From: Octopus vulgaris
Taxonomy: Eukaryota
Length of the DNA stretch: 64,000 bases
Assembly (NCBI GenBank): GCA_951406725.2
Contig: OX597819.1
Location: 61,938,001 to 62,002,000 of the forward strand
Reading direction: 5' to 3'
Positions 50,682 through 63,732 of this stretch are shown here, piece by piece. The notes beneath the pieces were generated by a model, which made no database searches, was not told the origin of the DNA, and saw nothing but the letters and a program-made list of their open reading frames with translations. Position numbers and translations under genes: made by a program. The first letter of the stretch is position 1, and the number at the start of each line of letters is the position of its first letter.

Positions 50682-53485
50682 GTAACTTAACTTCTTATTT
50701 ATAAATCTTTCTTTATTTTGTTTCTCTATATAGATGTAGACTGGCTCATTGTAAGACAAACTCCTACACTGATTTAGGCAAGTGTTGAAATAAAAGGACC
50801 GACCATATGTAGGAAACCAATCAATTATGATTGATTGGGTGGGTGCTTTTTACGTGCCACCAGCACAGGTGCCAGGGGAGGCTGGCAACGGCCACAATCG
50901 GTCATTGCTTTTTACGTGCCACCAGCACAGAAGCCAGTCATGGTGGTGCTGGCATCGACCAAGCACCATCCATACGTGGTCGATGCCAGCGCCACCTTGA
51001 CTGGTTACCGTGCTGGTGGCACGTAAAAAGCACCAACCGATTGTGGCTGTTGCCAGCCTCCCCTGGCACATAAAAAGCACCCACTACACTCACGGAGTGG
51101 TTGGCATTGGGAAGGGCATCCAGCTGTATAAACACTGCCAGATCAGATTGGAGCCTGGTGCAGCCTCCTGGCTACCCAGACCCCGGTCAAACCGTCCAAC
51201 CCATGCTAGCATGGAAAATGATGATGATGATGGTTTCCTGATTATCAATAAAATTACAAAAGCAGCTGACCAGTCTTATTACTTACAGGCAAACAATACA
51301 ATTGTGCTTTTTCAGAGAGTAAGCTGTAGAAAAAGATGAAAAAATAGTTATAAAAGAAAGCTGTAGTTTTGAATTTCACTAATATTAGTTAAATCAATGT
51401 AAAAGCAAACTCAACAGCAATCATGTTCAAAATCGTTCCCCTGTTTTAGTTATCTTCATATGCTCAAGCACAGCTGCGTGAACACATCATCATCGTCTTC
51501 GTCGTTTAACATCCGCATTCCATGCTAGCATGGGTTGGACGGTTTGACTGAGGTCTGACGAGCCAGTAGGCTGCACCAGGCTCCAATCTGATCTGGCAAA
51601 GTTTCTACAGCTGGATACCCTTCCTAATGCCATCCACTCCGAGAGTGTAGTGGGTGCTTTGTTGCACCCATTGGACTGTGACCATGCACTACAAATACAG
51701 TCCCAGTACTTACTTTTAAGTCTTGTACTTATTCCATGAATCCCTTTTGCTGAACTGCTAAAAAAAACAGCACTGGTTGTCAAGCAGTGGCAGGGGGCAA
51801 ACACAAACATGAAGACACATACACACATGTATATCCATGACAGGCATCCACTATTTGTTTACCAAATTTGTTCTCAAAGTAAGCTATAGTAGACATGTGC
51901 CCAAGGTGCCATGCAGTGGAACTGAACCCAAAACAACCTGGCTGCAAAGCAAGCCTCTTAACCACACAGCCATGCCTGTGCTTATATCCATAATTTATCT
52001 GGAGCTTGTCATGAAATCATTAGCTATTAGATCAGTCGCCCAGTACTTTAATTTTGCTGCTTTTTCTGTTGGTTATTTTATTTGTGATACAATGGCTGTG
52101 TGGACAAGGTCCTAAACCTCTTTCAACATGGTCTTCAATTCAGACCTTACTACAGACATGACTCCTTCAGCAAAAAAAATGTTATTTTGCTTACTTGACT
52201 GATACAATAGATACTACTATAAAAAATAAACCACATGGCTCTGGTTTCAGTCCCACTGCGTGGCACCTTAGGCAAGTGTCTTCTATTATAGCCTTGGGCT
52301 GACCAAAACCTTGTGAGTAGATTTGGTAGATGGAAACTGAAAAGAGCCCTACTGGCGTATGTGCCAGTGGCACATGAAAAACAACATTCGAGCGTGGTCG
52401 TTGCCAGTGTGTCCGGACTGGCTCCCGTGCAGGTAGCGCATAAAAAACACCTTTTGAGCGTAATTGTTGCTAGAACCGCCTGACTGGCCCTCGTGCTGGT
52501 GGCACATAAAAGCAACCACTACACTCTCGGAGTGGTTGGCATTAGGAAGGGCATCTAGCTATAGAAACTTTGCGAGATCAGATTGAGCCTGGTGCAGCCT
52601 CTGGCTTATAAGTCCTCAGTCCAACCCATGCCAGCATGGAAAACGGATGTTAAATGATGACAATGATGATGTGGCATCAGTTAGTTTGACTAAAGGCAGT
52701 ACTTCAGCACGGCTGCAGTCAAATGACTGAAACAAGTAAAAGAATAAAAGAATGCATATTACCACTCTCCCCATCCTTGTAATTTTAGCTGGACACCAAC
52801 CTCCCATGTCCCCGAACGCAAGGCAAATGTAAGTACATGACTGCCATGCCTGGTGAAGCTGCAACAACATGGGTGCCACCTCCTACAAATAGAACAGGTT
52901 TGCAGGGGCAGAAAGAAAGCATGAACTTTTAAGGGCGGCAAGCTGGCAGAAACGTTAGCACGCCGGGCAAAATGCTTAACAGTGTTTCATCTGTCGATAT
53001 GTTCTGAGTTCAAATTCCACCGAGGTCGATAAATTAAGTACCAATTACGCACTGGGATCGATGTAATCGACTTAATCCCTTTGTCTGTCCTTGTTTGTTC
53101 CCTCTGTGTTTAGCCCCTTGTGGGCAATAAAGAAATAAGAAAGAAATGTGAACTGTGCAAGTCCAGAGCCAACCCATTGCATTCAGTCCCAGCATACCAC
53201 CAGAGTTCAATGTGTGGCAGAGCCTTCTGAGCTCGCATCAGACTGATTGACCACAGCCAGACGCACCATGCCCTGTCCTCTTCTCCTATGTGATGTCCTT
53301 GGTTATCATTGACAAAGACTGACAAACAAATAAGAGGCTGGCATTAGGAAGTTGCATCCAGCTATGAAGCTTGCTGCATCTTCTGGTTTGCCAGCTCCTG
53401 TCAAACCATCCATCTCATGCCAGTATGAAAGACTGATGTCAAATGATGATGATATATATATCTTCTTTTTATTTTTTATTTACAG

Positions 53486-53606
53486 AACCTAAAGAAATAT
53501 GGATGGAAACTTGTAGGAACAGTTGGTAAGAATTGTGAGTTTGAGGGAAAGACTTTGAAACAAATTGGAGATATCTGCCTCCGTGATCCAACAGTACTCA
53601 TTGTTG
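53486..53606 (+). CDS. MRM1: MRM1 exon 7 (NLKKYGWKLVGT...DPTVLIV-G)
   Basis: tttacag acceptor, gtaagt donor, phase 0 in, 1 out. Confidence 0.93.
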
Positions 53607-53984
53607 GTAAGTCATGAGATTTTGGTTGCTATTTTCTGATGAATCGTCATGTTATTTTATATTTCAAACTTCAGCTTAATAATGAGAAAATCATTTTACT
53701 AACTTCATTATTTTCAAAATTAATCGAAACAAAGACAGTCCAACGGAAATTTTGTAATAAAAAGGTTAATGTGGTTGCTTGTCTTGCTAGAAATAGAAAC
53801 CAGATCACTCGTTCTTGTCTTAGTAAATGAAGAACATATATACTATAATCCTAGACACATTATGAATAAAAGACATGACAGTAACAGCTAGAATGCCCTT
53901 GATCTGGAATTAAGCTTGACCTGAAATTAAACAGTAACATGTGTTATCCACAAGTCACTGTATGTAATCATTTATCTCTATTAG

Positions 53985-54107
53985 GTAATGAAGGTACTGG
54001 TGTCTCCAAACAGATGTTGCGTTTGTGTGACCATCTGGTGACAATCCGTTCCCATGTGGACAATAAACAGCTTGATATTGATTCCCTCAATGTGTCAGTA
54101 GCCACAG
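53985..54107 (+). CDS. MRM1: MRM1 exon 8 (GNEGTGVS...IDSLNVSVAT, SpoU motifs 2 and 3)
   Basis: ctattag acceptor, gtgagt donor; GNEGxG and SLNVSVA trefoil-knot SAM-binding motifs. Confidence 0.96.
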
Positions 54108-56020
54108 GTGAGTACACAGTTTTATTGCGATATTTCATTTGTCAAATGTTAGCATGCTAGGTGAAATGCTTTGCAGTATTTTCTCTGTCTTTACATTCTG
54201 AGTTCAAATTCCACCAAGGTCGACTATGCCTTTCGTCCTTTCAGGGTCAGTAAATTAAGTACCAGTTGCATACTGGGGTTGATCTAATTGACTGCCCCAC
54301 TCCCCCAAAATTTCAGGCCTTGTGCCTAGAGTAGAAAAGATTATTTTATAAAGCGGCAAGCTGGCAGAAACATTAGCATGCGGGGCAAAATGCTTAGCAG
54401 TATTTTGTCTGTCTTTACATTCTGAGTTCAAATTCTGCCAAGGTCGATTTGCCTTTCATCCTTTCAGGGTCGATAAATTAAATACCAGTTGTGTACTGAG
54501 GTTGATCTAATCAACTGGCCCCCTCCCCAAAATTTCAGGCCTTGTTCCTAGAGTAGAAAAGGATATTTTATTTGTCAGGAGGTCCTAGTGTACAATAGTT
54601 GTGCTGAGATATTTGGGCATCCTGTCTCCACCTTTTTCCCAGCTACTTCCACCCAGTTGTATATAATGCAGGGTAGCCTTGTATCTCCTTAAAAGTAATC
54701 AAGACACTTGGGCTTGTTGCTCTATCACACTTTAGCTTATCAGCACCTGGTATAGAACCATTTACCCCTTCTCTTCCTCTCAAATACTGTGGCTGCCCCT
54801 ACCATTTAGTCATGGAGGCTTTTTCCTTCTTTCTGTTCTTTTCTTGCAAGTTCCTTACATGGCAACCTCACCAGTGCTGGTGGAACGAAAAAAAAAAAGT
54901 GCTCAATACACTCAGTAGAGTGGTTAGCATTAGGAAGGGCTTCCAGCTGTAGAAGCCATGTTGGTGCAGCCTTGCAGCTTGTCAGATCCTGTCAAATCGT
55001 CCGACCCATGCCAGCATGGAAAAAAAATGAATGTTAGATAATAATGCCGAGTCCACAGCTTATTTCATTTCATGCATTCTGCTATTGCTCCAGAGGGAAA
55101 AGGCATGAACACCACAACTACCATTTACTTTATCATTGATCGATGGATGAAATGCAGACATTGTACTGCATCACCAAACAAACACTCCCATCAGTCATTT
55201 GTTATATTCAGTAGATTATAGAAAATATTGGGGTAAATGGATGAGGATGGCTATTCTGCTGTTCTGAATGTTATAAAGTTCACTTCTTAACCACATGGTT
55301 TCCGATTTAGCACTCAGAATGTAGAGCTTAAGACAAAAATTTTCAGCTGTAAGCCTCTGGCCATATATATCCTTGTGAGTGAATTAAGCACTGAAAACTG
55401 CAAAAAAAAAGCCTGTTGTGTGTGTGTCCTTGACTTGAGACTGCACACAAATTGTAAACAAAATTTTCCTTTTTACAAGCAGAAATATTTGTTTACAAAC
55501 TTCCATGGAAACATGCCTGGACTTGAGGAAATGTTACCTTGTGTATGTGATCTTAATATGCCCTATTTGTAAACAAGCTTTACCATCATACAAATGGTGA
55601 CGTCTGTTTGCAGCCTTCTGTGAAAACCTGTCTACATCAGAGGAAAATGTTACTGTGGAAACAAGTGAAGGTTGGCAACAGGAAAAGCATCCGGCCACAG
55701 AAAATCTGCCTCAACAAATCTCATCTGACCCATGTAAACATGGAAAAGATGATATTAAAACAATGATGATGGTTGAAGTGGAGAATCTAGTGGTGATTAA
55801 CCTTATAAGAGGATGCGGTTCAAAATGATTGAAAACATGTCATTTTTCACCTATGGGGGTATCCTATGTTGGTTATAGGATCAGAAGGCATCCAGATGTT
55901 AAACATTGGCTTTAACAAAAGAAAATATAGTCAGGAAGCCTCCATGCAGTCACACAACCTTATTTGAGATTGCAGCTACATCACCATCTAATCAAACCTT
56001 ACAATCTTAAAAACTTTTTG

Positions 56021-56150
56021 TACAAAGTGATATCAAAAAGTTCTTGGACTTGTTCTGTAGCGCATCAACAGATGGCAGCAGACGGTTGCATGTACAGTGA
56101 GAGATAGCAGTGACATTCACGAGACAATTTGTTGAGTCATGTCACACAGC
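56021..56150 (+). mobile_element. Mariner terminal fragment, same family as 10840-11433
   Basis: aligns to reverse complement of 11300-11433. Confidence 0.65.
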
Positions 56151-56294
56151 TGCTCAAAGTGGTGATCCATGGACCAGTGCTGATCCACGAGCCATCAGCT
56201 GCCAGTACACTGCAAGTTTCCAGAAAAGAAATGTTATAAAATGCTTATGTAATATTGTATTGTTTGTTTACAAAATAAATATAAGACAATTTTT

Positions 56295-56835
56295 GGTTAA
56301 TATCTAGATCCGCACCCGGTGGGAAAAATGAGATCCGCACCCGGTGGGAAAAATGGAAACGAAAATGTGTAACAGTTGTAAGGCATCGTATATTGAAGGA
56401 ATATGACGAAAAAAAGCGCGCTGACAAACGGGGGGGAGGGGGCTCGGAAAATTGCCTACGATTTAAAGAAAAATTTACCATCAATTTTCACCATTGTGTT
56501 TCTGATTCGGGACCCCATGTCGAATTTATCGATTTTTTTCAGAACTGGGGGAACTTTTCAAAATTTTCGCTGCGTTAGTTTTGAATTATGACATTGGGCT
56601 ATGTGTGTGAAATGCGTTTAAACACCTGTTACACATATTTTTTTCCATTTTTGCCTCTACGGTTGATCCTGGGAATTTCCCGAGCCCCCCCCCCCCCCCG
56701 TTTGTCAGCGCGCTTTTTTCCTGTCTTATTCCGTCAATATACGATGCCTTACAACTGTTACACATTTTCGTTTCCATTTTTCCCACCGGGTGCGGATCTC
56801 ATTTTTCCCACCGGGTGCGGATCTAGATATTAACC
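56295..56835. mobile_element. Young TIR MITE with about 150-bp TIRs and 8-bp TSD (Merlin- or Mutator-like)
   Basis: GGTTAATATCTAGATCC...GGATCTAGATATTAACC; TSD CAATTTTT at 56287-56294 and 56836-56843; 25-bp tandem duplication in each TIR; CpGs retained. Confidence 0.88.
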
Positions 56836-56934
56836 CAATTTTTTTTGTCAACGCCATATACCCACAGGCATATGTCATAGTGGTTAAGGGTGCTTGCAGA
56901 CTTTTGGTAATTTTTTCTTTTCTTTTTTTTCTAG

Positions 56935-56978
56935 GAATACTGCTACATTCACTGAAGAAAACATCGCAGACGTCTTAA
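56935..56978 (+). CDS. MRM1: MRM1 last coding exon (GILLHSLKKTSQTS*)
   Basis: polypyrimidine tract + ctag; completes VATGILLHS; total CDS 1041 nt. Confidence 0.92.
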
Positions 56979-57276
56979 AACTGCAACATTAAAGAAGGCC
57001 ATTCAATCATTGACCATTAATCACTATTGTACAGATGTACTGTTTCTACATCTTCACCGAAACCAACCTAAAACATCTCCCAATCCTACTTCCCCTCCCC
57101 ACATATGTCTACATGTTAAAACCAGACATCAACTACATCAATGTCACCAGTCTAAGAGATGGCACAACATCGAACATTTTCTTTTTGATAAAGAAAAGAC
57201 CTGTGAAACAAATTATAAAATATAGCATTTATTTAATATTTACAAAAGAGAAGCTTGATAGCTTCCTAAATCACTG

Positions 57277-57318
57277 TCAGGATTCTGTAAACTGTTTCTC
57301 AAAGTCTTCTTCAGAAAT
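57277..57318 (-). CDS. DDX55: DDX55 last coding exon (ISEEDFEKQFTES*)
   Basis: minus-strand ttttttgacag acceptor; continues KKGK|ISEEDFEK, like recalled human KKGKITEEEFEK; minus-strand AATAAA at 57228-57233. Confidence 0.9.
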   Translation of the reverse strand: MSEEDFEKQFTES

Positions 57319-59284
57319 CTGTCAAAAAACAAAGAAAGCATCCAAAGTTGGTATTAACGGAGCTGAAGTAAATGAGTTTATGTAAGGATTTACAGCTTCA
57401 AAATGATGATATTTAAAAGATTTGTAAATAGAAATGATTTTGGTTAGTACTTTTTTAATAAAAGTAAAAAGCCTAAAATATTTTTTGTTTGTTTGAATTA
57501 TTTCCTTATATAAAAGACACTGTTTTACAAGTATATTTTCTTTGCTAAAACAAATTTAGTCTGTCCCATCATACATTTATTGAAAAATATTTCAGAGTAA
57601 TTTTATAAGGGGAAATATTTATCATAAGTAAACTAAGTCATGAAGTATATTTGCCACCTAAATGTGGCTAACCCATAAGGGTCGATGCTATTGTAGCTTG
57701 TAGCCCCAGGAAGACATCTCCCCTGTGCCGTATCAGTATTTGCAGTATTCCCATCTCCAGCCTGACGTGATACACATGGACCCAAGTTTCTGGGTATTGA
57801 CCAGTCATCACTGGTTATATGTGTATCATATTTGAACTTTTATCTTCTTGCAGATTAGCTGTTTATATTTTGGTCAAGCAAACTACCATACAAGATGTAA
57901 AACTTGTATTTTTGTATTACTCCAATTGTCCACCAGGATAGTGCATCTCTGATAATGTTTTGTTATCATCTCCTCATCGCAAATAGCTGATAGGCAGATG
58001 AAAGTTTAACATTCCTTTCATTTTTCAAGGAAAATTTTTCATTTAAGTATTTAAAAAAAAAATGCTTCTTAAAGGTAACACAGTCATTAGATAATGTAAG
58101 ACATATCAGGTATGGGTTATGTATACTGGGAAAGTGGATATAATAAGGTGATGTACCCTCTTGACATAACTACCAACATACTGTAAGCAATTTATTTGTA
58201 AGTTTGTGCTTAGTCTGTGATAATTTGGCTTGTTTTCCATATTTAACTATTAGTAACAATTATTGTGCCAAATGGACTTACGTTCATCTGGCTCCCTAGT
58301 CTTAAGGTGCTTGGTCTCCTATACATCTATTTAAGACATGGCAGTTTTCAACCACATGGCTTGGGGGTTTTTTTTTGTGATTCTGATTTCAAATTTTGTT
58401 GGGAATGGTACATTGCTTTTAATATACAAAACACATTTTTTTCCTCGTTTTTAGTTACTATTTTCATTTACCAGGCATAAAACCACCTCCATCTCTACTA
58501 TACTCCCAGTTGGTTGTGGAGGAGGCTATTTTTTTTTTCATTTTGTAAGATACTTGGCAACCACACTAGTGTTGATACAATTAAAACACTTAGTACACTG
58601 TAATGTGGTTGGCATTAGGAAGGGCATCCAACCATAGAAAACCCTGTCAAAGTGGACAATGGAGATCAATGCAATCCCTAGTCTTGTTGGATCCTGTTGA
58701 ACCATGTTGCATAGACCAACATGGAAGGCACATACAGCAAGACACTTGTTTCAGTCTCTCTGTCACAAGATCACCTCCTCCAATGCCCTCTCCCCTCTCA
58801 AAGGATTTTTGTCTTGCATGTTACTTGGTGACCCTGCCAGTGCTGGTGCCATGTAAAAAGCATCCAATCCCCATTGTAAAGTGATTGGCATTTGAAAAAG
58901 CATGCCAAAACAGACACAGAAGTCTTGCGTAGTCTTCTGCCTGGCCAGCTCCTGTCAAACCGCCCAACCCATGCCAGCATGGAAAGCAGACGTTAAACGA
59001 TGATGACGATTCCACCCTCAAAATACATAACCCTGTACTTATGTCATAAGATGCAACACTAAAGGCAAGGTCTTTGGATTCCGTTGTTCCACATTCCCAG
59101 CAATAACACCCAGTAATTATTACTTCCAAGACCTTCCTATATAACAGCAGTTTGGACAATTTCTTTTTGTTTTTATATCAGAATCTGAAGAAATTGCAAA
59201 TAAGAGATGCCAACCATCTCAACAGACCAAGAACATAATTAACTGACAAATATTAATTCGTAAAAAACTTGTGTATTCCCTTAC

Positions 59285-59479
59285 TTTGCCTTTCTTTTGT
59301 TTCTTTAATAACCGATAATCATCCTGAAGGTCTTTTATTTCTTCTAGTCTTGACTTCTCTGCTGCTTCAAGCTTACTCTTCTGTCCACTGTCTGTCATCT
59401 TCTTCTTCTTGCTCTTCTTCGTCTCTTGCCGTTTTTTCTTTATTTCCTTCTTCTCTTTCTTCTTTGACCAGGCAACTGT
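59285..59479 (-). CDS. DDX55: DDX55 exon (TVAWSKKKEKKE...DLQDDYRLLKKQKKGK)
   Basis: ctcaatag acceptor, gtaagg donor, 195 nt, phase 0-0; basic C-terminal tail of DDX55/Spb4. Confidence 0.92.
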
Positions 59480-59904
59480 CTATTGAGATTATAAGCAGAT
59501 TGTAATTAAACTTAAAAAGCAAGAACAGGAATAATAATTTCAAACATTGACAGCTCCACACAGATGTTTGGGTGAATAGCATTTTCATTTAAATTTATCA
59601 CCAGTACATTAATAGGTGCCGGTATGGCAGTGTGGTTAAGTTCCCTTCCCAACCACATGGATTTGAGTTCCATCCCATTGAGTAACACTTTTAAAATATC
59701 TCATACTCTTTACCATTTTCTCTTCAGATCCCATCAAGACATTCAACCCATGCCAGCATGAAACATAAGCATGAAATGATGATGATATATAATGTATGTG
59801 TGTGTATATATACATATATATACACACACATATATATATATGCGTACACATACATACATACAAACACACACATATATACTTGTATGTGTATATATGTATG
59901 TGTT

Positions 59905-60107
59905 TGCATTCAAAATGTGATCGTGAGTGTACCGTTGGCAATTTGTTTTCCTCCGTCTTCCCTTCTCTGGATCTTTCCTTTTCCTATGTTTCTGACGAAG
60001 AGCTCCGCTCGAAACGTAAAACCCTCCTTCTTCCCTTCCTTCCTGAGCATCCAATAATACTATATTTGTTCCATGTCCTCGCGTTGTGTTTTCATGTTTG
60101 GATTAAC
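59905..60107 (+). mobile_element. Penelope-like pLTR-derived short element ending in (TA)n
   Basis: hammerhead motif, pyrimidine-rich body, ends ...GGATTAAC then (TA)n; same architecture as 18840-18995. Confidence 0.55.
59988..60022 (+). ncRNA. Minimal type I hammerhead ribozyme (Penelope type), apparently intact
   Basis: GUUU-CUGACGA-A-GAGC-UCC-GCUC-GAAA-CG-UA|AAAC; helix I GUUU/AAAC, helix II GAGC/GCUC, palindromic ACGU helix III, predicted cut after A60018. Confidence 0.8.
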
Positions 60108-60958
60108 TATATATATATATATATATATATATACCATTCCAAAGCAGACAGTGGAACCTGGCACAGTCCTCTGGTTTACTAGCTCCAGTCAGACTGTCCA
60201 ACCCATTCAAGTATGGAAGACATGTTATACAAGTACAGGTATGGTTATGTAATAAAGAAGACATTCACTTCCCAACCACATCGTTTCAAGTTCAGTCCCA
60301 CTGTGCAGTGCCTTCTACAAAAGTCCCAGCCTGACCAAAAAATTGCAAGGAAAGTTGGCAGATAGAAACCGAAAGATCCTGTCATACGTATGTTTAACTG
60401 TGTGTGTGTACTTTCTCCCCCCACCACAGTGTATGTGTGTGTGTGTTTACATTTGTGATCTAAGTTACTCACAGCAAGTCATCTAAGACATCAAAGACAC
60501 ATGAAGTAAGAGAGAGTCCCTGACTCGAGAAACAAAAGTTACTGACAAGAAAAGCATTCAGATGTGAAACAAATGGAGAGTGGCTGTGTGGTAGGATGCT
60601 TGCTTCCCAACCACATGGTTCCAGGTTCAGTCCCACTGTGTGGCACCTTGGGCAAGTGTCTTCTACTATAGCCTCAGGCCGACCAAAGCCTGGTGAGTGG
60701 ATTTGATAGACGGAAACTGAAAGAAGCCTGTCGTGTGTGTGTGTGTGTGTATGTATGTATGTGTATGTATGTATGCATTTGTCCCCAACACCATTGCTTG
60801 ACAACTGATGCTGGTGTGTTTATGTACCCGTCACTTAGCAGTTCAGCAAAAAGAGACCGATAGAATAAGTACTAGGCTTACAAAGAATAAATCCTGGGGT
60901 CATTTTATTCGACTAATGGTGGTGCTCCAGCATGGCCACAGTCAAATGAGTAAAAGAG

Positions 60959-60989
<31 letters not shown>

Positions 60990-61229
60990 TTATGCTAAGA
61001 AGCAGTGCACGGTACTGCTGTCAATATAACAGTGGTCTGTGTCAAATATAACAGGGGTTTGAGCTAATGAGCTTGATACCCACACACAAACAGGAAAAGA
61101 GAACTGATTTCACTAAATTCTTCTAAATCGTTTTTGTAGTTTCAAAAATCGTCAGGAAAACTTTAAAAAAAAAAACATTAAAATCCCACAAAAGGTTAAA
61201 TCAATGAATGCTATTGAATGAATGCTCAC

Positions 61230-61305
61230 TTTTGGTTTGTATTTAGATTTCTTTTCAACTCCTTCTTGAATCCTCTGTTGTCTGATCTTTTCCTTATCTT
61301 TATTT
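61230..61305 (-). CDS. DDX55: DDX55 exon (NKDKEKIRQQRIQEGVEKKSKYKPK)
   Basis: gattgtcag acceptor, gtgagc donor; phase 2 in, 0 out. Confidence 0.88.
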
Positions 61306-61974
61306 CTGACAATCAAACAAAATAAATAAATACATCAAACAAAAGACAGTATTCTGAAATGATATATACAAAACTGCATAGATGTATAGTATGTATAGAT
61401 TACATCTATGTATATAATCTATACACACTCTCTCACACACATACACTTTTTCCCTGAAGGAGGACTCCAAAATGTCGGATACTCCACTCCATTTGCCAAT
61501 TTCACTGAACACCTTTGTTAATTTTTCTAAATAATAATAGTCTTCCTGATGAAAGTGTAGGCAGAGCTGTGTGGTTAAGACTGAACTTGGAAACACAGTT
61601 CCAGGTTCAGTCCCACTGCGTAGCACCTTGGACAGGTGTTTTCTACTATAGCCTAAGGTCAACCCAAGCCTTGTGAGTGGATTTGGTAAACAGAAACTGA
61701 AAGAAACCTGTTGTATGTATGTGTGTGTGTCTGCTTGTTCCTCACCACCACTTGACAGCTAGTGTTGGTTCATTTAGTCCCTGTAACTTAGTGGTTTGGC
61801 AAAAGAGATTGATAGAATAAGTAACAGCCCTAAAAGAATAAAAAAGTACCAGAGGAAATTCATTCCACTAAAAATCCTTCAAGGTACTAGGTGCCCCAGC
61901 ATGGCCGGGGTCTAATGACAGAAACAAATACCAGATGCAGACCATTACAAGTTTCTTTGGATTCCATTTTATTT

Positions 61975-62024
<50 letters not shown>

Positions 62025-62588
62025 TGTGTGTGTGTTTGTGTTTGTGTATGCATATCTAGATATGCACAAACACAACAGATATCCTTTCTACTAAAGGCAC
62101 AAGGCCTGATATTTGTGGGGAGGGGACTAATCAATGTCAGTGACCCCAGTGTTTCACTGGTGCTTAATTTATCAAGCTTGAAAGGATGAAAGGCAAAGTT
62201 GACCTTGGCGGAATTTGAACTCAAAACATAGCAGCAGACGAAATACTGCAAAGCATTTCACCTGGTGTGCTAATGATTCTACCAGCTTGCCACCTTCACA
62301 TAAACAACAAATATCAATATTCACACACAGGTAAACATATACAAACCTACATTCGCACAAACAAGAGCTGCCATCAAAAGGCCCCAACAGACAGCCCCAC
62401 CCATAGGTAGGACCTAACACTCTCATCAGTTACAATAGCTCCGCCAGCCCAGATGGTAAGTAAGTCTTCATTCGGTACAGTCCAACTGGGACAATCATAC
62501 ATACTGAACAGTTTAAACATCCTTACCATTCAAATACCAAGGAAAATTCATGACTGGGATTATACCACACATGAAGGTCAATACTTAC

Positions 62589-62715
62589 AAATATGGAATT
62601 GTGTTTATATCAATAGATGACGGCGTGAAGTTGTCAATTTTCTTTCCTTTCAGTTCAGGCATAACTGGAATTTTGAGGAGGCCAAAGCCTGTTGCCAATC
62701 GACCAAAATCAAGAT
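62589..62715 (-). CDS. DDX55: DDX55 exon (DLDFGRLATGFGLLKIPVMPELKGKK...)
   Basis: ctcaacag acceptor, gtaagt donor; DUF4217/Spb4 C-terminal extension motif LDFxxLAxGFxLLxxPxMPEL. Confidence 0.95.
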
Positions 62716-62931
62716 CTGTTGAGTGAATTAGAAAATAAAGAACATTGCATGACAGCTGAATAGGTGTGGAGAGGTGAGGAAAGAAGAAGAGGTGGTGGAT
62801 TAAGCAAAGAGGAAACTTTGTGAGTGGATTTCGTGGATGGAAAATTGGAACTGAAACCAGCAGTGAACATTGGATATGTATCGTCTGTGATCATGTCGTC
62901 AAAAGCACGATACGTGAATCATATGAAAAGC

Positions 62932-62973
<42 letters not shown>

Positions 62974-63205
62974 CACACACACACAGAATTCAATTAGAGG
63001 TTATGTTATTATTATTATTATTTTTATTCAGGTCACTGTATGGAATCGAACTCGGGATCTTGGGGTTAGTAGCCGTGCTCTTAACCATGGGTAATCCAAA
63101 GAAATATTGGTTCAGTACCTAATCTTTTGTGGGGAATTGATATCCTTAAAATAATAGTTTTATATATAAACCATAGTTTATATTCATGTAAAGGAATATA
63201 TATAT

Positions 63206-63244
<39 letters not shown>

Positions 63245-63515
63245 CACACACATATATATATATGAAGAACTTCTTTAAGTTTTCTATCTACCAAATCCAC
63301 TCACAAGGCTTTGGCCAGCCAGTGGCTATGATAAAAGCAAAAAACACTCGCCCAAAGTTCCACACAATGGAACTGAACCCCAAAACCATAGGATTGGAAA
63401 GTGGACAACTGAACGACAGCCTTACCTGACATCAATGTAAAAAACAAACAAAAAAATCAAGAAAAAATTAATACTCTTGAAATGAGGAGGGAAGCAGAGT
63501 ATATGACAAACTCAC

Positions 63516-63604
63516 CTTTAGTCCGAAAGATCATGCTACATTCATGTTTGGCATAAGACTGGATAAAAGAAACATAAGCTCTCACACTCTTGTCATAGAG
63601 GGAT
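63516..63604 (-). CDS. DDX55: DDX55 exon (SLYDKSVRAYVSFIQSYAKHECSMIFRTK); gene continues beyond the window
   Basis: ttctccacag acceptor, gtgagt donor; AxVSxxQxYAKHECxxIFR motif. Confidence 0.95.
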
Positions 63605-63732
63605 CTGTGGAGAACAGAAGAATTCTTTTTTTATAAACTGTTTCGGGTTAATTTTTCTATGTTCTAAAATTTCTATATTTAAGAGATGAGGAATTATGTA
63701 CACTAGAGAATCTAGGTTTGAAATTTCCCCAA

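Noticed and set aside
62360-62460. GU-rich hairpin, CUGAUGA and a + strand GTAAGT donor in a DDX55 intron (snoRNA, hammerhead or exon?)
   Set aside because: No GAAA at the required position, no convincing C/D or H/ACA box pair, no ORF homology.
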